Shown here piece after piece: positions 36,503 to 42,608 of a DNA stretch of 42,608 nucleotides; position 1 is the first letter of the stretch, and every line of letters begins with the position of its first letter. The position numbers were made by a program, and so were the translations under genes. A model generated the notes under the pieces. That model made no database searches, was not told where the DNA came from, and was given only the letters and a program-made list of their open reading frames with translations. The DNA is from a virus (taxonomy: Duplodnaviria > Caudoviricetes): positions 1 to 42,608 of the IMG/VR virus record IMGVR_UViG_3300006164_001685; one strand, given 5' to 3'.

Positions 36503-39076
36503 ATGAACAATATATACAAACTTATTTCAAAAGAGTATAAAAAAATTCAAAAAGAAAATTATATTAAAAATATAGTATCAGAAGAACATCTAAAGCTAAC
36601 AGAAGATGATGCAGGTATACGAAGTACTTTAGATTCATTAGATTACAAAGAAAAAGGTTCTGAAATTGATAATGGTGGAGATATAGAACCGCATGCAGCA
36701 AAATTATTTACAAAATTTTTTCAGTTTCTAAAAAAACAATTGCCAGAAGTCAAAATAAAAGTAACTGCCGGTAATGACAATTTTCACAAAGGATATAGAT
36801 CTAGACACGTATATGGAGAAGCTTTAGATTTTACTGTTATTGACGGATCTAAAGAAAAAGTTAAAGATGTATTAAAACAATTCAAAAAGAAATATTCTGC
36901 CGACTTTAAATGGTTAGATGAATATACAAATCCAACCGAACATTCTACTGGTGGACATTATCATATGGCATACGTAGGAGCTAGTTCAGTATATAATAAA
37001 AAGAAATCATCTGGAGAATTGCCTGAGGTTATACCTGGAACTAATAAAGTAGTAAACACCGATGGATCTTCTGTAGAATTAAATACATGGACTGGTGACG
37101 ATAACAATGGTACCAATTTAGCAGAATTAGATAATATATTAAAAGAATTTTCACAAAAAGCTAAAGGTAGAAGTAGTGCAATAATGGAAACTTTTACTGC
37201 CGGAGAAATGAAATCTCATAAATGGATTGTAACTGCTCCTATGAAGTTAGCACAACGTGACGATCTTAAGGGTGGCGAAAGCTTTGTAAGTGATGACAGC
37301 TTAATATTAGCACAAGCTCCAGAAACTATAACTTTTTATCCGACTGGTCAAGTATATCTATATAATCAAACATCTTTTGCAGGCGATGTTGATATTGAAA
37401 ACAAAGATAATTGGATAAAAAGTGCAGCTAAGAGTATAATGGGTCCTATGAATACTGCAATGGCGTCATTAATAGCATTATATTTTGGAGGAAAAGATGC
37501 TGCCAAAGCAATGTTACCTAATTCTAATAAAGTTCTTAAAATAACAAATATACAAGGAGATTTATTAGGAACATTATATACTGATGCAGAAAATGGAATT
37601 GTGTTTGATATAGGAGAATCCCCTCAATATGCAATAGACGGCGAAGGCAATGTAAAAATGGGCCACGGAAAAGGATTAGACATATTACAAACCGTATTAG
37701 ATTATGCGGGATTTATTCCAGTTATTGGTGACGTATTAGATATTATTAACGCAGTAATATATTATGTTAGAGGAAGATATTTTGAAGCTGCATTATCATT
37801 AATAGCAGTGATACCTATAGTAGGATCTGTAATTAAGTTTGGAGTAAAAGGTGCATTTAAAGCTGGCGCATCTGCAATTAAAGCCGGCGGTAAGACATTA
37901 AAAAATGTAGGGTTAGCAGGAATTAAAAAGATATTTGGAAAAGGCCCAGGCGGAGTAAAACAAGCTCAAAATTTATTAGAAGTATTAATAAAGAAAAAAA
38001 TTATTGAACCAAATGATTTAATATATTTACAAAAATCTGGAACATTGGATATAATATTAAAAAAATTAACAAAGTCAAAAAAAGTATTTGCAAAATATGC
38101 TAAAAATGCACCTAAGTCTATTGATGAAGCTATAGAAGCATTTGAACAAATGGTAAAGAATCTTAAAGGCGGATTAAATAACAAAATATTTATAAAGAAA
38201 TTTGGACCAAAATCAGTTGAAAAGTATGTAAAAGCTGCAGCACCATCTACTATATTAGGAAGAATAGGAGCTAGAATAGGAAGATTATTTACTCAACCTA
38301 GATTATTTAAAGCAACAAAAAATCTAGTTACTAGAATTCCAGCATCTCGTGCTAGATTAATTAACAAATGGATTAAAACTCAACTTGAAAAAGATCTATT
38401 AAAAGATCCATCTAAAATTACGGCATTATTAAAAACAATTTCTCCAAATGGATTGGCAAAATTAGGATTAAAAAAAGGAAAAATCCCAAATATTACAAAA
38501 ATATCTAAAGATACATTAGATAATATATTAAAAGTTGCAAAAGAAGAAAGAAATATATTTCTTCAAGCAATGATGAATAATCCACGAATTTATTTTAGAG
38601 CACAGTTAAATCAAGGTGCTGGATCTATGTATAAAATGAAAAGTTTAAAGAAATTATTAACAACTGCATTTGGAAGAAAAAGTTTAGACATTATATATAA
38701 TGAAGTAAATACCGTATTAAATAAAGAATTTGGTGTAGACACTGGGTTGGGTGGATATGGTAACGAAGCAGATTCAGTAGTTGCAGCTACTATCTTTCAT
38801 TTTTTCGTAGATGCCGAAGCTCAAAAAGAACGTAAAGATAATTTATATAGCGGAGCTAGAAATTACATAGCTGATATGGTTGGTTTACTAGGATGGACCG
38901 GAATGGCAGATAATTTAAGACCTGACGAAAGAAAACAAATTCTTACTGCAGCATGGAATGATATTCCAGGTGACACAGATAAAGAAAAATTAGTATATAT
39001 AAAAGGTCAAACTACTGATAAAAAACTCCTAAACCCAATTGTAAACTATGTAAAAAGCAAAAAAGGGAAGCCATGA
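36503..39076 (+). CDS. large putative virion protein with M15/LAS-type Zn peptidase domain and pre-toxin-TG-like hairpin
   Basis: SRHVYGEALD (H-x6-D) and GGHYH (H-x-H); LDYAGFIPVIGDVLDIINA...AALSLIAVIPIVG; basic helical C-terminal half. Confidence 0.65.
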   Translation: MNNIYKLISKEYKKIQKENYIKNIVSEEHLKLTEDDAGIRSTLDSLDYKEKGSEIDNGGDIEPHAAKLFTKFFQFLKKQLPEVKIKVTAGNDNFHKGYRSRHVYGEALDFTVIDGSKEKVKDVLKQFKKKYSADFKWLDEYTNPTEHSTGGHYHMAYVGASSVYNKKKSSGELPEVIPGTNKVVNTDGSSVELNTWTGDDNNGTNLAELDNILKEFSQKAKGRSSAIMETFTAGEMKSHKWIVTAPMKLAQRDDLKGGESFVSDDSLILAQAPETITFYPTGQVYLYNQTSFAGDVDIENKDNWIKSAAKSIMGPMNTAMASLIALYFGGKDAAKAMLPNSNKVLKITNIQGDLLGTLYTDAENGIVFDIGESPQYAIDGEGNVKMGHGKGLDILQTVLDYAGFIPVIGDVLDIINAVIYYVRGRYFEAALSLIAVIPIVGSVIKFGVKGAFKAGASAIKAGGKTLKNVGLAGIKKIFGKGPGGVKQAQNLLEVLIKKKIIEPNDLIYLQKSGTLDIILKKLTKSKKVFAKYAKNAPKSIDEAIEAFEQMVKNLKGGLNNKIFIKKFGPKSVEKYVKAAAPSTILGRIGARIGRLFTQPRLFKATKNLVTRIPASRARLINKWIKTQLEKDLLKDPSKITALLKTISPNGLAKLGLKKGKIPNITKISKDTLDNILKVAKEERNIFLQAMMNNPRIYFRAQLNQGAGSMYKMKSLKKLLTTAFGRKSLDIIYNEVNTVLNKEFGVDTGLGGYGNEADSVVAATIFHFFVDAEAQKERKDNLYSGARNYIADMVGLLGWTGMADNLRPDERKQILTAAWNDIPGDTDKEKLVYIKGQTTDKKLLNPIVNYVKSKKGKP

Positions 39077-40227
39077 TTAATGAATATCAAACACAAAATG
39101 AATTGAATCCAAAATTATGGACTAATGAAGAATTTAATCCAAAACTTCGTTTACAATTATTAAAGATTGCAAAAGCTTTTTATAAATTTTTAGGCATTAC
39201 TGCAAAAATTAAAGATGTTACACTAACTGGTAGTAACGCAAATTATAATTGGACTAAACATTCAGATATAGACTTACATTTGATTATTGATTATACAGAG
39301 GTCGATGAAAATGATACATTGGTTCGTGAATTAATGCAATCAAAGAAAAGTTTATGGAATAATACATATCCTATCGAGTTTAAAAATATGAATATAGAAT
39401 TATATGCACAAAATGCTGTAGAGTCACATACATCTACAGGTGTATTTTCTTTATTAAATAATGGTTGGCTACAAAAGCCTGATCCAAAAATTGTATCTGT
39501 AGATGATAATGAAATTAATACAAAAGCAAAACCATATGAATTTGAAATAGATAATCTAGATCCATATGAAGATAATCTATTACATAAGATAAAAAATATA
39601 AAATCCAGATTAAAACATCTAAGACAAACTGGTTTAGAAACAGTTGGTGAGTATTCAATAGAAAATTTAGCATTTAAATCTTTACGTAATTCTGGACATT
39701 TAGAAAAACTAAGTGATCTAGAAAAAGATATAACGTTAACACAATTAACCCCTACCCTAGACGAACAATGGCCTTCTGGTCCATTTGGTCAAGAACATGA
39801 CTATGCTAATTATGGAGGTCCATGGGGAACTGGTCATCATCATAAAACAGACTTCAAAAAAGGACCTGGTAAGACACCTACAAAAGGTATTGGTTCGGGT
39901 ATGGATGCCGAAGAAGATAAAGATGCAGATGAAACTGGATATAAAATAGTTGATGAGGCAAAGAAGAAATCTAAAATAGATATGATATTGCCAAGAGGCG
40001 AGCAAAAAGTTTTAAAAGCAGAAGATAAAGAATATGATAGAGGGTTGCTAGTCAAATTATTAGACAATGGCGGATATGAAATGGCATATTGGTATGATAA
40101 ACCAAATAAACCATATCCAGTTGAAATAATTGTTGATGGTAAGAGTATAACACCAGATGGTAAAGTAGTTGAAATGAAATTCCATCCCAAAGATTACTAT
40201 GAAAATCAACCTAAGGGTAAAAAATGA
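39073..40227 (+). CDS. Pol-beta-superfamily nucleotidyltransferase with C-terminal extra domain
   Basis: LTGSNANYNW...SDIDLH (hG[GS]...DxD); third acid in IELY. Confidence 0.75.
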   Translation: MINEYQTQNELNPKLWTNEEFNPKLRLQLLKIAKAFYKFLGITAKIKDVTLTGSNANYNWTKHSDIDLHLIIDYTEVDENDTLVRELMQSKKSLWNNTYPIEFKNMNIELYAQNAVESHTSTGVFSLLNNGWLQKPDPKIVSVDDNEINTKAKPYEFEIDNLDPYEDNLLHKIKNIKSRLKHLRQTGLETVGEYSIENLAFKSLRNSGHLEKLSDLEKDITLTQLTPTLDEQWPSGPFGQEHDYANYGGPWGTGHHHKTDFKKGPGKTPTKGIGSGMDAEEDKDADETGYKIVDEAKKKSKIDMILPRGEQKVLKAEDKEYDRGLLVKLLDNGGYEMAYWYDKPNKPYPVEIIVDGKSITPDGKVVEMKFHPKDYYENQPKGKK

Positions 40228-40850
40228 TATTATCAAAAAATACATTGTCTCCAATTGCTACATATACTAATCAAACATATGATATTGATGCTTTACTAAA
40301 TACAGAAAGTGTTAACTTATTTGACCAAAACGGGTATCATTTAACTAAAGCAGAACAATCATATTTAGGTCCTAATGGTTATAATCCAATAGAGCGTAGA
40401 CATGAAGACTGTTTAAGATACGATTGGTTAATTTGGGACAAACGTGATGGAGCTCATATTAATCACTCGGATCTATTTGAAAGAAAAGGATTCTCTGAAG
40501 CTGCTCTAGATCAATTACAAAAATATGCAAACCGAAATCCAATGTTATATAAATTAATCAAAATGAAACCTAAATGGGGAATTGATATATCAATAGATTA
40601 CGTGTCTCCGGATGCTGTATTTGAAGTATTTCATTATGAATGGGATTCATTTGAATATAATGCCATAGAAGATAAAAAATCTGAAATTGAAGAATTTATG
40701 TTAAATAGAGATTGGGACGATATTGCTAAAACATTATGGAACAAAAAAGATGAATGGTATGATTTAGACTTTTTTGAACAAACCAAATGGCGAACTGATT
40801 ATTTTAACTTATCACCAGAGAAATTTAAGAACGTAATTTGGAGTAACTGA
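40224..40850 (+). CDS. hypothetical protein (acidic, aromatic-rich)
   Basis: 208-aa ORF with ATGA overlap; no family recognised. Confidence 0.7.
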   Translation: MILSKNTLSPIATYTNQTYDIDALLNTESVNLFDQNGYHLTKAEQSYLGPNGYNPIERRHEDCLRYDWLIWDKRDGAHINHSDLFERKGFSEAALDQLQKYANRNPMLYKLIKMKPKWGIDISIDYVSPDAVFEVFHYEWDSFEYNAIEDKKSEIEEFMLNRDWDDIAKTLWNKKDEWYDLDFFEQTKWRTDYFNLSPEKFKNVIWSN

Positions 40851-40858
40851 TATTTATA
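40850..40858 (+). promoter_or_regulatory. class II (putative late) promoter motif ATATTTATA
   Basis: Fills the 12-nt gap before ATG 40863. Confidence 0.5.
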
Positions 40859-40862
40859 TAAA

Positions 40863-41327
40863 ATGAGAAGATTAAAGAATATATTAAAAGATACTATATT
40901 AGAATCAAAAAATGATTATAATACTCCAGCTGCTATTTCTAAAGAAAAATCAATTGGTAATAAAAAAGTTAAACCAGAAGATTCTATAACAGATTTAGAT
41001 CTAAATACATTGAATCGAAATCAAACCATTAAAGAATATAGTTATGGACCACTTAATCCAGACGATGCAAAAGGTTCCAAAAGCTTTTGGCAAAATAAAG
41101 CAGATTTATGGAACACAACCATAGAAGCTGCAAAACAATCTAAATGTTCTAACTGTGGGGCATTTGATCAAAAGAGATCAACTCTTTCTAAAATTGAAAA
41201 AGCTATAGGAACTGACGGTAAAGCTATTGTTAGAAATGCTAATATTGGATTCTGTGAATTCTTTTGGTTTAAATGTGCCGGCGCTCGAGCTTGTGATGCA
41301 TGGGTTGGCGGAGGACCTATAACATGA
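40863..41327 (+). CDS. Cys-containing protein with HiPIP-like motif
   Basis: CSNC...GFC......C.....CDAW. Confidence 0.55.
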   Translation: MRRLKNILKDTILESKNDYNTPAAISKEKSIGNKKVKPEDSITDLDLNTLNRNQTIKEYSYGPLNPDDAKGSKSFWQNKADLWNTTIEAAKQSKCSNCGAFDQKRSTLSKIEKAIGTDGKAIVRNANIGFCEFFWFKCAGARACDAWVGGGPIT

Positions 41328-41500
41328 TTTCTAAAGGCCTAGGCGACGATATAAAAAAAATCACATCTGCTACTAGATTAGATAAATTAGCAGAACGAAT
41401 TGCAGATTTAACGTCTAGTGATTGTGGATGTAAGAAGCGACAAGAAAAGTTAAATAAATATCCGTCAATATTAAATAAATTTAAAAGGAGTTCCAAATGA
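41324..41500 (+). CDS. small conserved phage protein (GLGD...CGC..R...LN)
   Basis: ATGA overlap favours start 41324; motif recalled from aquatic phage hypothetical proteins. Confidence 0.65.
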   Translation: MISKGLGDDIKKITSATRLDKLAERIADLTSSDCGCKKRQEKLNKYPSILNKFKRSSK

Positions 41501-41724
41501 TAACTGAAGATTGTGGTTGTGAAAATCATTCAAATAAACCAACTCATATGGCTCCTAAACAAAATACTTTAAAATCATTATTAATTAAACTAATGGCTGA
41601 GCGAATAGTTAAAGTAGATAATAGTTATGTTGTGTATCCTAAAAATGGTGGAACGAGACTAGGAACTCATCCAACAAAAAAAGCTGCATTAAAACAATTG
41701 GCAGCAATTGAAATAAACAAATAG
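41497..41724 (+). CDS. small basic phage protein (LGTHPTKKAALKQLAAIE)
   Basis: AAGGAG SD, ATGA overlap. Confidence 0.7.
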   Translation: MITEDCGCENHSNKPTHMAPKQNTLKSLLIKLMAERIVKVDNSYVVYPKNGGTRLGTHPTKKAALKQLAAIEINK

Positions 41725-41737
41725 AAAAAGGAATAAT

Positions 41738-42247
41738 ATGCCGTATCCAGGAATTAACCCATGGGAGTTAACATTCTCACAAAGAAAAAGAAGATCAAGA
41801 GAGTTAGTAGAAAAAATAAATCCAGGAAAAGGATTTGCTTCAAGTGTTGCCCTCAATATAGAATTAGCTAAAGAAGAATCAGAAAGAGCTAAAAGATTAT
41901 ATAATGTAGATATAGCACCAGAAGATACATCTATATATCTATATAGTACTCTATCTCTTCAAAAGAATCCACCTCCACGTAACTTACAAGATGTGCTCAC
42001 AACACCTAGAGAGAAGGCTCTATATAGTGCAGGAATACCTCAAAACAGTAAAATTGTTCTAAATACTAGAGGACAAAATAGAAAAATTATTCAAAATGCT
42101 GCAACTGCAGCTATAGAAGAAGGAGCTGTTCAAACTGCAGCAAAGTTAACAGAATTTCTTAGGAATGGTGTTTCTGTAGGAACCTATAGAAGTGGCGGCG
42201 GCCCATTTGTACCATATCAAGGTTATGCAGACATAGCAACCTATTAA
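41738..42247 (+). CDS. hypothetical protein
   Basis: AAGGA SD at 41728-41732; 169-aa ORF. Confidence 0.7.
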   Translation: MPYPGINPWELTFSQRKRRSRELVEKINPGKGFASSVALNIELAKEESERAKRLYNVDIAPEDTSIYLYSTLSLQKNPPPRNLQDVLTTPREKALYSAGIPQNSKIVLNTRGQNRKIIQNAATAAIEEGAVQTAAKLTEFLRNGVSVGTYRSGGGPFVPYQGYADIATY

Positions 42248-42260
42248 ATTAATTGAATCA

Positions 42261-42269
42261 ATATTTATA
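42261..42269 (+). promoter_or_regulatory. class II (putative late) promoter motif ATATTTATA
   Basis: Intergenic, followed by AAGGA SD and ATG 42296. Confidence 0.55.
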
Positions 42270-42295
42270 ATAAATAAAATACATAAAGGAATAAC

Positions 42296-42529
42296 ATGGC
42301 AAATTTAGAATTAGGACAAGCAAGAGCAATATTGCAACTGGCTCTTAATGATCTTAAAGCATCTGGTACATCTCCGAACTCGGTAGCAGCGCTGGAAAAA
42401 CTCAATATATCAAGACTTGGTATGATGGTTAACAACAGATCTACAGGACAAAAATATTACCTCATTGGCGCTAGCGGAAAAGTAAAGTTCAACCCTACCA
42501 TATTCCCAGGCGGATATAGTGGAATTTAA
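42296..42529 (+). CDS. hypothetical protein
   Basis: SD AAGGA 42286-42290; 77-aa ORF. Confidence 0.7.
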   Translation: MANLELGQARAILQLALNDLKASGTSPNSVAALEKLNISRLGMMVNNRSTGQKYYLIGASGKVKFNPTIFPGGYSGI

Positions 42530-42551
42530 TAAATAAAAAAAAAAGGACATA

Positions 42552-42608
42552 ATGGCAGACGTATTTAGAAAAAGAAAAATTGGAGAAGCAGACTTGCTCG
42601 AAGAAAAA
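42552..42608 (+). CDS. 5' end of a gene running off the window (MADVFRKRKIGEADLLEE...)
   Basis: AAGGA SD 42543-42547, ATG, open to the window edge. Confidence 0.6.
   Translation, partial: MADVFRKRKIGEADLLEEK

Noticed and set aside
1212-41529. All minus-strand ORFs and the short alternative-frame plus-strand ORF 33146-33328 in the ORF track
   Set aside because: They lie wholly or mostly opposite or inside well-supported plus-strand genes, have no motifs and show antisense-shadow composition.
41738-42529. Possible paralogy between the last two complete ORFs (C-termini PFVPYQGYADI vs KFNPTIFPGGYSGI)
   Set aside because: Similarity is limited to a few residues and cannot be supported by eye.
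1-42608. Stop-codon reassignment, as seen in some large phages
   Set aside because: Genes are full length under code 11, coding density is near complete, and TAG/TGA end genes at sensible family boundaries.
1-42608. tRNA, rRNA, structured ncRNA, introns, inteins, IS elements
   Set aside because: Intergenic gaps are too short and AT-rich, and no conserved enzyme appears interrupted. A covariance-model search was not run.

Overview
Very AT-rich, densely packed window with every credible gene on the + strand and many ATGA/TAATG overlaps. It reads as a segment of a large T4-like (jumbo-type) dsDNA phage genome. The host is probably a Bacteroidota (Flavobacteriales-type) bacterium, judged from a T9SS type-A sorting domain and four signal peptides with Gln at +1. 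Layout: (1) 1-7.6 kb: a glycosyltransferase and a TGT/DpdA-fold base-exchange enzyme directly upstream of a sliding clamp, dUTPase, clamp-loader subunits, Cas4-like nuclease and SLOG protein. (2) 7.6-29.3 kb: a 21-gene glycan island with no export or lipid-carrier genes. It holds a four-domain GT2-GT11-GT10-GT29-like glycosyltransferase, a GDP-colitose-type pathway, a second His-type C3-deoxygenase, a split minimal transketolase, and a cytidylyltransferase/class-III aminotransferase/SIS/SDR/sugar-phosphate-cyclase module. (3) 29.3-36.5 kb: endolysin, holin candidate, a Cys-repeat T9SS cargo protein, a three-gene envelope module and a thermonuclease. (4) 36.5-42.6 kb: probable head-packaged or late proteins (M15 peptidase + pre-toxin-TG protein, nucleotidyltransferase, HiPIP-like protein). 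Two recurring intergenic motifs are visible: T(A/T)GGAT-N17-TATA(A/T)T and ATATTTAT(A/T). All calls come from motif recognition by eye; no searches were run.
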